NCBI GenBank assembly: GCA_965235115.1
Contig: OZ249439.1
Location: forward strand, 12,400,001-12,464,000
From: Laetmonice hystrix
Lineage: Eukaryota
Length of the DNA: 64,000 nt
Direction: 5' to 3'
Positions within the stretch are counted from its first letter, which is position 1. Each line of letters opens with the position of its first letter. The notes beneath the pieces were generated by a model. The model was not told the origin of the DNA and ran no database searches. It saw only the letters and a list, made by a program, of their open reading frames with translations. Of this stretch, positions 25,902 through 39,270 are shown one piece after another. Position numbers and translations under genes: made by a program.

Positions 25902-27845
25902 TAGGAGGTGCTCGGTCGGCAAACACTTCCTGAAAGTGCAGGATTTCCCTAGCTCAGTTTGACGTTTAACGGTTGGTAGCTACAAAACCCAGGCAAGTCC
26001 GGGCCTTCATGCTCGATTTACGACAAGCATGTCCCCCAGCAGTGAGGCCATGTATCTGGCCTTGTTGGCATGTTCTCGCGCACTCTCTACTGATTACAGA
26101 ACAAGAATTAGGTAGCCTTACCTTACATGTTGAACCTTCCTTACGATGTCTGTGCTGTAAATCATGCATGCCCCGTGGTCGCTACACTCAACCAGCCACA
26201 ACTCATCCCTGACTGGGCCAGAGACTAACTGTCAATCACAACAACAGTCTCCGCCCACCACCTACAACCAATCCCCTGTTCTCATTGTTGGCTACAAGAA
26301 GGATCTCCCGACACTCTGACCTTGATCAAGGATTGAAGATGTGCGGTATACCGTGATCCCCACTGGGCCGTGTACAGATTCCACGGACCGCAGTGTAACG
26401 GCCCTGATTGTAAACCTAACATCCGTACGATTGCACTCAGCATCCTTGAGAGGGAAACTGGCGCATCAAACGCTTTCTAAGATAATGCTGAACTGAACAC
26501 GCGTAAGATCAAGGTGACAATAAAGCTTGTCCTAAAACCATCAAACAAGCGAAATTTTTACTCGTACCGAACATTTACTGGCTGAGATAGATACATGTTG
26601 CTCAAGTATACATTACACATAATTATATCGCGCCCAGGAACCTCAAAGTTCCTGAGTGGGACAAGGGGAGAAAGGGGAGTCTCAGAGAGGTGGGGGTATG
26701 CGAGTGGTGGGAAAGAGATAGTGCTCTCTATCTGCCCAACAACTCGGGTCACTCTGGGGGCGACCGCTGCCATCTATTCCAATTAGAAGTGGGGTCAGCC
26801 ACTGTCCCCGGTACAACACCCCCTGTCGTGACATCACAAGATATCGAGGGCACCCTGACAGTAAGTAATTAACGGTCCGCGCTCTTAATTACCACCCGTA
26901 GTCTGAACCATATGACCAAGCGCACAATACAGCCCTCTAGTGGAGAAAGGTAGAACTACCGTCCGTATAACATCCGTTTGGTGAGGCTTTCCTGTGCACA
27001 ACCTCGGATGATTGAGATTGAAAGCAATCTCAGTACCGCCCCACAGATAGTACTCTTCATACAACCCTCTCCCGTTACTTCTCAAGGCCTGCCAGTTACA
27101 ATGAGAAACGTCCCCCCAAGCACCATTGTTTATTAACCTTTACATCAATAAATTGTAAATCTTTCATCAAACATGCTGGGTTTAACGTAACACGTTACGA
27201 TCGATTACAATCTACCGAAGTTTGAGATTTGAGATCACTTCAGCTTTAACCTATGTACTAATGTCAGACTTTTTTCATCACTTACAAAAGCTGTCTTAAA
27301 GTGGACAACAGTTTACAAATCCACACTGATTCCCCTCTTAATAAATACCGGCCGCAAGAAAATTTAGCGATTTATTGATTTTTCCCCCACATGGGCTATA
27401 TCCTCGCACAGCATCATGTGTGAACAGACTCAAAGATGATCTTTTGAAATCTTATTAACTTACTCCAGCCACTTTCCCAATCTAATTTCGTCTTTAAATA
27501 TTGGAAGGCTGTATTGTGTCTTTCGTCGGAAGGGTCCTCAGAAAATGGCAGCAAAGTTCGTATTTCGTTGATCTTTCGTTGTGTGTCAACAAACCACAGC
27601 TTTGAAGGCACGAGGAGACGGCGACGTGTTGAGATCCCCTCTGATAACTCTATCTATTATTTCCTGTATCGTTTAGAGATCTCTATGAAGGAGTTTGGAA
27701 TTCCTGTCCGACTCTCTCTATCCAGGTGTGGCGTTGACAGACCCCGCCGGGCCAGCAGTGGGGGCATGACACGATAGTAGGGTCAGGCATTCAGGGTCGG
27801 AATGACCGGACCTCACCCGGGGTAAACCGGCCATAGCGAGGTTAT

Positions 27846-27960
27846 GTGGTCACAATGAGGGCACGTCGTCACAATGTGAACATGTGGTCACACTGAGGGC
27901 ACGTCGTCACAATGTGAACATGTGGTCACAATGAGGGCACGTCGTCACATTGCGGACACA
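27846..27960. repeat. Minisatellite, 38 bp x 3 (dimer of two related 19-mers), decaying to about 28060
   Basis: GTGGTCACAATGAGGGCAC + GTCGTCACAATGTGAACAT at 27846, 27884 and 27922. Confidence 0.9.
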
Positions 27961-28159
27961 CGGTCACACCTTGGACGAATTACACTCCATGTCGGCCGAA
28001 CACCGCAAACATGTCGTCACATTGTCACACCGAGTATATCGTCACCATGAGGACATGCCCCAACGGAAACTCTCCCGGCCCCTTACAATAAATGTTGTAT
28101 TGTATGCGCGTTCGAACTTGTGAATGAAGGTGGAAACAAAGTGCATCTTTGGGCTGATT

Positions 28160-28840
28160 ATACACCGGGATGGCTAGATATACCTCTCTCAGGTTAGATA
28201 CACCGGGATGGCTAGATATACCCCTCTCAGGTTAGATACACCGGGATGGCTGGATATACCTCTCTCAGGATAGATACACCGGGATGGCTAGATATACCTC
28301 TCTCAGGTTAGATACACCGGGATGGCTAGATATACCCCTCTCAAGTTAGATACACCGGGATGGCTAGATATACATCTCTCAGGTTAGATACACCGGGATG
28401 GCTAGATATACCTCTCTCAGGTTAGATACACCGGGATGGCTAGATATACCCCTCTCAAGTTAGATACACCGGGATGGCTAGATATACATCTCTCAGGTTA
28501 GATACACCGGGATGGCTAGATATACCCCTCTCAGGTTAGATACACCGGGATGGCTAGATATACCTCTCTCAGGATAGATACACCGGGATGGCTAGATATA
28601 CATCTCTCAGGTTAGATACACCGGGATGGCTATAGATATACATCTCTCAGGTTAGATACACCGAGATGGCTAGATATACCTCTCTCAGGTTAGATACACC
28701 GGGATGGCTAGATATACCTCTCTCAGGTTAGATACACCGGGATGGCTAGATATACCTCTCTCAGGTTAGATACACCGGGATGGCTAGATATACCTCTCTC
28801 AGGTTAGATACAACGGGATGGCTACCTCTCTCAGGTTAGA
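28160..28840. repeat. Minisatellite, 38 bp x about 18
   Basis: Unit GATACACCGGGATGGCTAGATATACCTCTCTCAGGTTA; TACACCGGGA at 28161, 28199, 28237 and onward. Confidence 0.98.
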
Positions 28841-30302
28841 GCCTTTGAATGTTTTAATGGGGGCCATATCCCCAATGCAAACATCTCCCTCGCGTGGCTC
28901 ACAGGAATCACTTGGACCACCAGTGCTCCACCAAGTGTCCCCTCGTTTTTGATGCAGCAGGTTGGGATAGCGAGCGCCCCGCCATGATGTTCACATGTAG
29001 GGTTTGCGCACTCGACAAGTCAATCCATGACGTGCGAGCTTTACTCAGTTGCTCACGCGCATTACAAGGGATCCCCAGCAAATTACAGCTTGGCCGCCCG
29101 AGGTTTTCTGTTAGAGAATGGCGCTTTAGGTTGTCATGAAAATGTTGACAGTCATTACACAGCCCCGCATTGAGCGACACGCCTACATTAGAGCCCAACG
29201 GCACCTTTTCTAAGCCTTTCAACCCATTTAATTGCCTGCCATCAAATGGTGCGATTTGTCCCAATAACATAACTTGAGTCTGCTTGCATCCGTTCAATGT
29301 ATTGAACAGCCATGTCTGATGATAACAATTGATAGAAAATTACGGCAATCTTTATTGCAGTGCCATCAAGTTTCCAGTTGCTGACACTGGAACATGCAGT
29401 TTACGGTCGATAATTCAGGCAGATGTGCGTGAAGCATGACAAAAGTGCTCTTTACGTCTTGGTGTTGTGCCGTGACCTGGCCATCCCGAGGGCCACAAAG
29501 ATGTCGGCGAGGGTCAGGTTTCAGATGTCCCTCAGCTGTCGGGCCCCGCCGATCACCTCTATAGACAACCCTACGCCACTTGTACCATTCTGTCACCGAT
29601 TGTCCTCACAAGGATGTGTTTCATCAATCCACGACTGTCTGGCCGGGCAGACCCCTGAACCGTACCGGTTGGCGAGTCTTTCTCGGAGCAGCCTCCGAAC
29701 CAGCCCACAAGCTGCTTTAATTACCAGTTTTGGCCCGTGTCTCCCTTGGTGGCCAAATCAGGGGGACCATAATTGGGCTTCTAGACCAATTACCTCTGGC
29801 TGACTCTACAGTCACTTACACCCGAACAGGTGCCCTGCCAGATGACAGTTACATTTCAATCATGACTCTTTCCTCGTACATGAAAATGGATTTTACATCT
29901 GGTGATCCCACCAGTTCTACATAACACACATAGAGCGTCCGGACACCCCCACCTGCGCACGCCTCGTGACAGGACATCCCTCATCTACAACATTTATAGC
30001 ACCTCTGCCTTTTATCCAGTTAGAGAAGCTTTTATAAGCGCGTTGATTGGCCATCACGGTACTCAGAGGGATGAGCCCTTTGGCTGGCAAACAGAGAATT
30101 CTGATCTACGACACATAGACATGCCTGCCAGCCATCAGAACACGGATGAGGTTTGTCCACGGCCACCATTGCCATTCGTAAACTAGTCGGCTCTCTGCCC
30201 AGGCTCTACATCGTTTATGAGCCGTCACGGCACGACTCATGAATGAAACAGTCAATAGAAACGGGTCTACCTGTCACCAAACTTCGCTTCATCCTTTAAA
30301 GA

Positions 30303-30360
30303 CCCCCCCCCCCCCCGTCACCCTCACCCCCCCCCCCCCCTCACCCCCTCCCTTCCCACC
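30303..30360. repeat. Poly-C / C-rich low-complexity tract (G4-capable on minus strand)
   Basis: Two C homopolymers of about 14 nt plus several shorter C runs. Confidence 0.6.
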
Positions 30361-33300
30361 AGGCGGACAGCGGGGACAGCCTCTCTGACAGCCTCCCATG
30401 ATGGTCACGGTACAACTTCATTGACGCCAGGGGGAGCTGCTCCTACTCTTGCATTAATCCAGGATTTCCGGTTCCATTGGAAAGGTTTGAACTTTGAGTA
30501 AAAGAATAATAGACAGCACTATTAGATTAGCGGCCCAAGCTCAGTAAAAAATTACTGATGGCAAAGTCGAAAACCTTCTACACCTACAACGTTAAAGGTC
30601 ACTATATAAATATATTTCCTATATTTACTATACAATGTTTTTTATGAGGGCATTTCAACTCTTCATCGAATTTAACCGATTAATAGCCAAACTTAAAAAC
30701 AAAAACTGTTTCTCAGTGTCCGCTTGGACAGAGATGATTTCGTCCGGCGGTGAATGAGTACACCTCAGGTCCACACGACATATTGTACCTCAGGAGAAGA
30801 TTACCCATACACCACAGACTGCCCACGAGTGAGGGCAGGGGGTGGCATGAATAGCTGCCTCAGACTCCGACCCCAGTGACCTTCACCACTCCATATCTAA
30901 CTGGCCAATGACGGCGGTCCCAGTGGCCTCCCGCCCCAGACCCTCCACTCGGCCGGCCCTCGTCTGTCCTCCCTATCGGCCGACTCCCAGGCCTCCTCGA
31001 CCCTATAAAAGGGTCTTGTAGAATACCCTAATGTTCATGACATTTTTACTAATTATCCTCTGATGCGGGCAGGCACCTGATAACTCCTGCCGTGGCCGCT
31101 AAATCGGCTTCGCATATGGTCTTTCTGCGGAGCACGCCTTTGGGCGGCCTGCCCTGAATGCATACGACGCGCTGCCATTGACAGATCAACAACTATGTGC
31201 ACTACGTACTTGTATACTTAAAATTCTTCACTTTTTGACAGAAACATGATGTAGTTCATTCTCGGTAAGTATTGTGTGGAAAAGTGCCATGACGTTCGCT
31301 TTGAGGATTTTTACTCAACTGTTCAAAAGTGGGTGTTAGAAGTCTCCTTAAAAAAGTTTTCCTTTTCGTACTTCTTCATTTACATATGTCAAGTACCAGG
31401 CAGACTGGGAATCTATAGGGAGGTAGAATAATCGAAATCGAAACAGCTGCCAACACAAAGGCTACGATGAAAATCACTGATCGCGACTTGAATCATTAAT
31501 TCAAAGCTTACTTTGAACATTGGGCGTTAATGTGCTGCAAAAGTTCCACTACTTTCAAGTTCCATCACTAAATGACGATGCAATGCACTTCACTTTGTCA
31601 CCTGTGTACCTCACCTTACTTTTTCGGAAAGAGTGCAGTCAGTACTTTCTTTAGACATGAGGTAGCGCATGCGTGTGGCAGTAATCTGCAATTGGTTTGG
31701 CTTGGTGTATGAAATCACAAGATGAGAGAAAATACTTCAAGGATTGCCAGGCTTGATGGGACCAGCTCTTCAAAGGGAAATCTCCCAGAATTCTATCTCT
31801 CCGGCGTTTGTACTGTGGGTCTTTTTTTACATCCTCAGCTACAATGATGAAGGACAGGCAGCTCATGCAGACTTTTCTTTCTCCCTGCAACGCGAGGCAG
31901 GGTTTGTGGCGACACTGAAGTCTGAAAGAACTCTTAACATGAATCATGAATCCCGGCCACAGGTCTATCAATTGGAATGCTATGGAACAATATCTAATAT
32001 AGGCACACGTTGTAGGCCATACCCATAGTTCAAAAATTATTTTCTATGCACTATTGAAAGAACAATTTCTATGCACTACATCAACATACGTACGCAATAC
32101 CATAGTTGGAAGTCCTTTTTTAAGTCATCGAAAAAATATTCCATCCTATCCTGAGATGTAAAACATGGAGAAGCGAGTGATGAAGAGAAGCCAACAATGG
32201 TGTGATCGCACCAAATCAGGAGACCCGGTGTACCATCCCTGGTGCACATGATTCAGGCAGGAACCCACTGATCACAGCGTATACCCTATAGTACGGGCAG
32301 GAGTCACTAAGAACACACCAACGGCTTTCTCACACCAACCAAGAACATTGGCCTGATTAGTGTGACCTTTACATTTGCTAATCAACTTCTCGCACACACA
32401 GAAAGCAAACTGGCACGACAATGGCCGGGAGAGCGGCTGTGGCACCAACTAGCCAGAGCAATATTACAATACCGGTTTCCCGCAATTACAGGCAAAGCTG
32501 TGAGGCTGACCGTTTGTCACAGCACCCAGTGAGGCCTTGGGTGCTGCACCAACGCACCATCACATTTCTGTGTAGTGTGGGCTAACTACCTCCGTAATAC
32601 CGGCGCTAGTGAACAGGAAAATTGTTATTTTCCTCCTTAGGGTTGAAGACGAAGAGGCGGCTGTCGGTCTGACAAGGATCAGGATCTTGAAGTAAAGGGT
32701 TCTTCATGCTTCATGATCACTAAAATCATGTACTCCATGGATGACATGTGGTGACGCCAGCATTTTAGGCCTCAGCCCGTTATTGTTTTCAGGGTCTTTT
32801 TTAGGGGGGTTGACCGTAAGCAGAGCTTAGCTGCATCATATTGCTCACGTGACCATCTAATCGTGCTGAAAACACTATCTCAACATGAGAAAACACAAAA
32901 AATGAAGTCCGATAATAAGAGAACCCAGTCTCCCAACACATAGATGGGTCGTCACGTATACCATGCGTGGCTGCTGTCTAAACCCTGACCGTACAGATTG
33001 GTGCTGAGAACCGTTTCCATCCTTACCTCCATATTATCACTGGGCAACCTTAAAAACTGTGCGCTATCGCTCGGACATCCAGACCGTGTGTTTGAAAGTG
33101 GAAAAATCTTTATCTCAGACAATTTCCGAGGCACTCTTCTGTTATCAGTCTTGTCAAGCAAGTCCGACAGCGGGTGGTACCGAGATGCACACCATCGGAA
33201 GGCCGTCTTCGTACACAGACGGTGCCTTAATGCATCCACTTCACAGAACTTTGCTTTTAAATATTACACTCAGTTTTTTAATACGTACTCTTAACCGTCA

Positions 33301-34217
33301 TGGAGGAGGAAGCACTAATGGCGGGGTCCTTCACCACTGGGTCCATAATAAACGTACGGGGACACTGTGTGTCTCTGGCCGGGGGAGCTGTACTAATCTA
33401 ACCATATCTTGGTGCATCTGTCTACATACGAGACTAGACGCTTGTTGATTCTACACATATGTAGGCCTATGTACATTGCTAAAGTTAAAGAAGTTGAATG
33501 GTGTTAAAGCCGATGATTACATCAAAGAACTGTGCCACGTCTGACAGAACTGACAGACGAGGTCACTAGGCTGATTAGATGAAAGACGGCGCGTCATAAC
33601 TACGCTCTCCTTCATATATACAGCTACAGCTACAGCATGGAGGTTCACGGCCACTGTGGTAATCATGGGCAAATCACCATGGCAACCGGCTCTGCCATCT
33701 CTTATCACTGCGACCAGTGGCTCCAGATTCCCTTAATTAGTGACACCTGTAACTGTGTCAAGAAAACGGCGGGTGTACAAAATGTATGTACATAACCCAC
33801 AAATTAGCCACGACTTGGGTGCCTAATTATCATAATGAGAATGCTAATAATCTAAGCGTTTGACCCAATAATGAAGCGCGGTATGATTCAAAGGCATACT
33901 TTGTTGACATGCCGATATGCTGTTATATGATTGGACTAAGAGAAGGATTCGAACTCTGCCTGTCTCGGCCGGTGGCCCCCCCCCCCCACCCCACCCCACC
34001 GATGTACAAAGGAGACGCTTGTCCCTCCGCGGACGACCGTTAACTCCCTCGACAACGTCTACATTTTATAAACAATCGTAGACTAGGAGGCTGGAATCTG
34101 TTCCTGAGTGCATCCATCTGTGGGATTATGTCTCCACAATATACAAGAGTCTTTGAGTGTTAACACGCCTATGTCATAGCTAAGTGCTGTAATCACCATT
34201 AATGGTCACCATTCTAC

Positions 34218-37200
34218 ACGCCTCATTCATCACACCAGTACCATCTCCTGGTAAGATACCCGTGTACCGCCGATCAACGTCTCCCCCTTACCGCCTCATG
34301 TATCACACCAGTACCATCTCCTGGTAAGATACCCGTGTACCGCCAATCAACGTCTCCCCCTTACCGCCTCATGTATCACACCAGTACCATCTCCTGGTAA
34401 GATACCCGTGTACCGCCGATCAACGTCTCCCCCTTACCGCCTCATGTATCACACGAGTACCATCTCCTGGTAAGATACCCGTGTACCGCCGATCAACGTC
34501 TCCCCCTTACCGCCTCATGTATCACACCAGTACCATCTCCTGGTAAGATACCCGTCTACCGCCTCATGTATCACACCAGTACCATCTCCTGGTAAGATAC
34601 CCGTGTACCGCCTCGTGTATCACACCAGTACCATCTCCTGGTAAGATACCCGTGTACCGCCTCATGTATCACACCAGTACCATCTCCTGGTAAGATACCC
34701 GTGTACCGCCTCATGTATCACACCAGTACCATCTCCTGGTAAGATACCCGTGTACCGCGGATCAAAGTCTCCCCCTTACCGCCTCATGTATCACACCAGT
34801 ACCATCTCCTGGTAAGATACCCGTGTACCGCGGATCAACGTCTCCCCCTTACCGCCTCATGTATCACACCAGTACCATCTCCTGGTAAGATACCCGTGTA
34901 CCGCCGATCAACGTCTCCCCCTTACCGCCTCATGTATCACACCAGTACCATCTCCTGGTAAGATACCCGTGTACCGCCTCATGTATCACACCAGTACCAT
35001 CTCCTGGTAAGATACCCGTGTACCGCCTCGTGTATCACACCAGTACCATCTCCTGGTAAGATACCCGTGTACCGCCTCATGTATCACACCAGTACCATCT
35101 CCTGGTAAGATACCCGTGTACCGCGGATCAACGTCTCCCCCTTACCGCCTCATGTATCACACCAGTACCATCTCCTGGTAAGATACCCGTGTACCGCCTC
35201 ATGTATCACACCAGTACCATCTCCTGGTAAGATACCCGTGTACCGCCGATCAACGTCTCCCCCTTACCGCCTCATGTATCACACCAGTACCATCTCCTGG
35301 TAAGATACCCGTGTACCGCCGATCAACGTCTCCCCCTTACCGCCTCATGTATCACACCCGTACCATCTCCTGGTAAGATACCCGTGTACCACCTCGTGTA
35401 TCACACCCGTACCATCTCCTGGTAAGATACCCGTGTACCGCCTCGTGTATCACACCAGTACCATCTCCTGGTAAGATACCCGTGTACCGCCGATCAACGT
35501 CTCCATACCCGTGTACCGCGGATCAACGTCTCCCCCTTACCGCCTCATGTATCACACGAGTACCATCTCCTGGTAAGATACCCGTGTACCGCCGATCAAC
35601 GTCTCCCCCTTACCGCCTCATGTATCACACCAGTACCATCTCCTGGTAAGATACCCGTGTACCGCCGATCAACGTCTCCCCCTTACCGCCTCATGTATCA
35701 CACCAGTACCATCTCCCGGTAAGATACCCGTGTACCGCCGATCAACGTCTCCCCCTTACCGCCTCATGTATCACACCAGTACTATCTCCTGGTAAGATAC
35801 CCGTGTACCGCCTCATGTATCACACCAGTACCATCTCCTGGTAAGATACCCGTGTACCGCGGATCAACGTCTCCCCCTTACCGCCTCATGTATCACACCA
35901 GTACTATCTCCTGGTAAGATACCCGTGTACCGCCTCATGTATCACACCAGTACCATCTCCTGGTAAGATACCCGTGTACCGCCTCGTGTATCACACCAGT
36001 ACCATCTCCTGGTAAGATACCCGTGTACCGCCTCATGTATCACACCAGTACCATCTCCTGGTAAGATATCCGTGTACCGCCGATCAACGTCTCCCCCTTA
36101 CCGCCTCATGTATCACACGAGTACCATCTCCTGGTAAGATACCCGTGTACCGCCGATCAACGTCTCCCCCTTACCGCCTCATGTATCACACCAGTACCAT
36201 CTCCTGGTAAGATACCCGTGTACCGCCGATCAACGTCTCCCCCTTACCGCCTCATGTATCACACGAGTACCATCTCCTGGTAAGATACCCGTGTACCGCG
36301 GATCAACGTCTCCCCCTTACCGCCTCATGTATCACACCAGTACCATCTCCTGGTAAGATACCCGTGTACCGCCGATCAACGTCTCCCCCTTACCGCCTCA
36401 TGTATCACACGAGTACCATCTCCTGGTAAGATACCCGTGTACCGCCAATCAACGTCTCCCCCTTACCGCCTCATGTATCACACCAGTACCATCTCCTGGT
36501 AAGATACCCGTGTACCGCGGATCAACGTCTCCCCCTTACCGCCTCATGTATCACACGAGTACCATCTCCTGGTAAGATACCCGTGTACCGCGGATCAACG
36601 TCTCCCCCTTACCGCCTCATGTATCACACCAGTACCATCTCCTGGTAAGATACCCGTGTACCGCCGATCAACGTCTCCCCCTTACCGCCTCATGTATCAC
36701 ACGAGTACCATCTCCTGGTAAGATACCCGTGTACCGCCGATCAACGTCTCCCCCTTACCGCCTCATGTATCACACGAGTACCATCTCCTGGTAAGATACC
36801 CGTGTACCACCGATCAACGTCTCCCCCTTACCGCCTCATGTATCACACCAGTACCATCTCCTGGTAAGATACCCGTGTACCGCCGATCAACGTCTCCCCC
36901 TTACCGCCTCATGTATCACACGAGTACCATCTCCTGGTAAGATACCCGTGTACCGCCGATCAACGTCTCCCCCTTACCGCCTCATGTATCACACCAGTAC
37001 CATCTCCTGGTAAGATACCCGTCTACCGCCTCATGTATCACACCAGTACCATCTCCTGGTAAGATACCCGTGTACCGCCTCATGTATCACACCAGTACCA
37101 TCTCCTGGTAAGATACCCGTGTACCGCCGATCAACGTCTCCCACCGCCTCATGTATCACACCAGTACCATCTCCTGGTAAGATACCCGTGTACCGCCGAT

Positions 37201-37300
37201 CAACGTCTCCCCCTTACCGCCTCATGTATCACACCAGTACCATCTCCTGGTAAGATACCCGTGTACCGCCGATCAACGTCTCCCCCCTTCCCGCCTCATG
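34218..37300. repeat. 3.1 kb variant minisatellite: about 47 units, interspersed 73 bp (about 31) and 49 bp (16) forms
   Basis: Core CCGCCTCATGTATCACACCAGTACCATCTCCTGGTAAGATACCCGTGTA (49 bp), with or without the module CCGCCGATCAACGTCTCCCCCTTA (24 bp); units counted manually. Confidence 0.99.
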
Positions 37301-37406
37301 TTAGTCACGACGTACACAGATCATCATACTTCTACATCCACTTTTACTTTTATCATTTTTTCATCCATTCAAGGTCCCAAGTTTTGGCAATTAAGTGCTA
37401 GGGTTT

Positions 37407-37655
37407 TGTGGCAACGGAAAATGTCTCAACTGCGAAAAATGTCAGGGTTTGGGACATTTTTCGTGTATGTATTCGAATATATATATTCGAAAAATGTATC
37501 GCCAAGGTAATTGGGACATATTTCACAGGCAGTATACGAAAAATGTCCCAACGAGAGATTTTGAGACATTTTTTTGTATCATACATACGAAAAATGTCTC
37601 AAAATCTGTAATTGGGACATTTTTCGCAGTTGAGACATTTTTTGTTGCCACAGTG
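37407..37655. mobile_element. MITE / foldback element with about 37 bp terminal inverted repeats and internal inverted motif copies
   Basis: TGTGGCAACGGAAAATGTCTCAACTGCGAAAAATGTC (37407-37443) matches the reverse complement of 37616-37652 with 2 mismatches. There are several internal CGAAAAATGTC(C/T)CAA and TTG(G/A)GACATTTTT copies, and the right end finishes ...CACAGTG. Confidence 0.7.
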
Positions 37656-37742
37656 CTTGCTGATCCAAGCCTAAAATTCTGCAATATTCAACAATGCTTT
37701 ATAGCCAGTACTAATGTGTGTGCATAAGTGGGGTGTTCCTTG

Positions 37743-37766
37743 TGTAACTGTAACTGTAACTGTAAC
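37743..37766. repeat. (TGTAAC)4 microsatellite
   Basis: Four exact copies. Confidence 0.85.
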
Positions 37767-38924
37767 GGGTGTGCGGGTGTACGGATAATGGAAATCTTCA
37801 GTCGGTCCTTTTATCTTTTTAAGAGAGAAATTTAATAAAGCAGCTGTTACGAATGCTAAACCTGTATATACATATTTCTTGAAATTTCAAGAGACAGAAA
37901 TATCAATTTACTGTCTTCTACATAAAAGAAGTGTACATTAACATTAATGCAACTGTTCAAAAAATTAAACAAAACCTGGTTAAGAATTCGCTACTCTAAA
38001 AGCAATGCTTTCAGTCTAATTGAATCGTGACTTTCCGGAACTTAGGAAGCACATGTCGATGATCGTCTGGCTATATAAACCCGGCAGGTAAAAATACGTG
38101 CCGAGTGCTTGGTAAGCACCATTACTGCCTGATAGTTCCATGGATGTATTGATTGTATTCGACGCCCATGATATTTCCAAATATCAGCTACAACATACAT
38201 AAGTTGGTTCTCTAGGACTCCGGCTTACTTTCGAGCCAGCCTATCCGATATCGAACGGTGGTCTAATGAAGGCGATCAGCGTGTCTGTTGGCGGGGGCGG
38301 CAGCCCCACGTCGGCTGGCCGCGGCTGCCCGACCGGTCGTCCGTCCACCGGTAGGCGGCGGTCCGTTAGAACACCCAGTACATGTGACAGTGTCCATACA
38401 GCCATCGGCCGGACAATGTACTCACTGTAACCACCCTCGTCCTGTCCACACCAGCACGCGCTCTCACGTGCATGCCACCGCGAGTTCTGTGTACAAACCA
38501 GCCCATCGATAGCGCAGATTATATTTGCCCTTCTGGCCAGCGTGTTGTAGAAACAGCAGTATGGGGTGATACAAAAACCCTCAAGTATGAGCCAACATGT
38601 CCGTCAAGAGTCCTCCACCGGAGAACAGATGGAACCAGCACACAAAGTCCACGTGAACCGTCCACCGTACGTCTTTACGACCGACACAACCTGACGCTGC
38701 CAAGATCGACCAGACCCCGACCTGAGATTCACTGATGACCTTTTCAGCTTCAACCTCTCGTCAGAAACCCGAAGCCATGCCATTAAAGTGGGCTTTTGAG
38801 GGCTAAAGTGGGTGATTGGTGCACGCAAAGTCTTGCCATTTTGGTGACATTAAAATCTCCCGAGAACATGCAGGCGGTTTGGGATGGAAGGACGATATAT
38901 TTTATGCTTTAATTTTACTCTGGC

Positions 38925-39000
38925 ATCTCAGAACTGGTCGAGTTTATCTTAAAGGTGCTATTCGTCTCGCACAGAATCTCAGAACTGGTCGAGTTTATCT
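38925..39000. repeat. 25 bp direct repeat flanking a 26 bp unique spacer
   Basis: ATCTCAGAACTGGTCGAGTTTATCT at 38925 and 38976. Confidence 0.85.
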
Positions 39001-39270
39001 GAACAACAGTCCACCTTCTCACCCCCATCCTGGAAACATAATCTTTATTTAAACCAAAGTATACCTGTATTCAAGTATTTCACCATTCCCTGAAATTCTT
39101 CAGCTAATTCCCTATTCTCAGATCTAGAATTCTTATGATGTTTCCGAATACGATGATGATAATAATATTTTCCTCTCCTGCTGTGAGTATCTTCATGTTG
39201 ACATAAAAGGTATCAATTAAGCAATGAATTAATCTGATATTTGCTCCTAACACAGCAATGTGTTTGCTAT

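Noticed and set aside
34218-37300. Large repeat array as a CRISPR array
   Set aside because: The intervening 24 bp module is the same sequence each time, so there are no unique spacers. There are no cas genes and the context is eukaryotic.
37649-37655. CACAGTG as a V(D)J recombination signal heptamer near an adhesion-receptor gene
   Set aside because: No nonamer at 12 or 23 bp spacing; it is the end of a MITE arm about 33 kb from the gene.
38925-39000. Repeat-spacer-repeat as a mini CRISPR
   Set aside because: Only two copies, non-palindromic, no cas genes; a simple local duplication.
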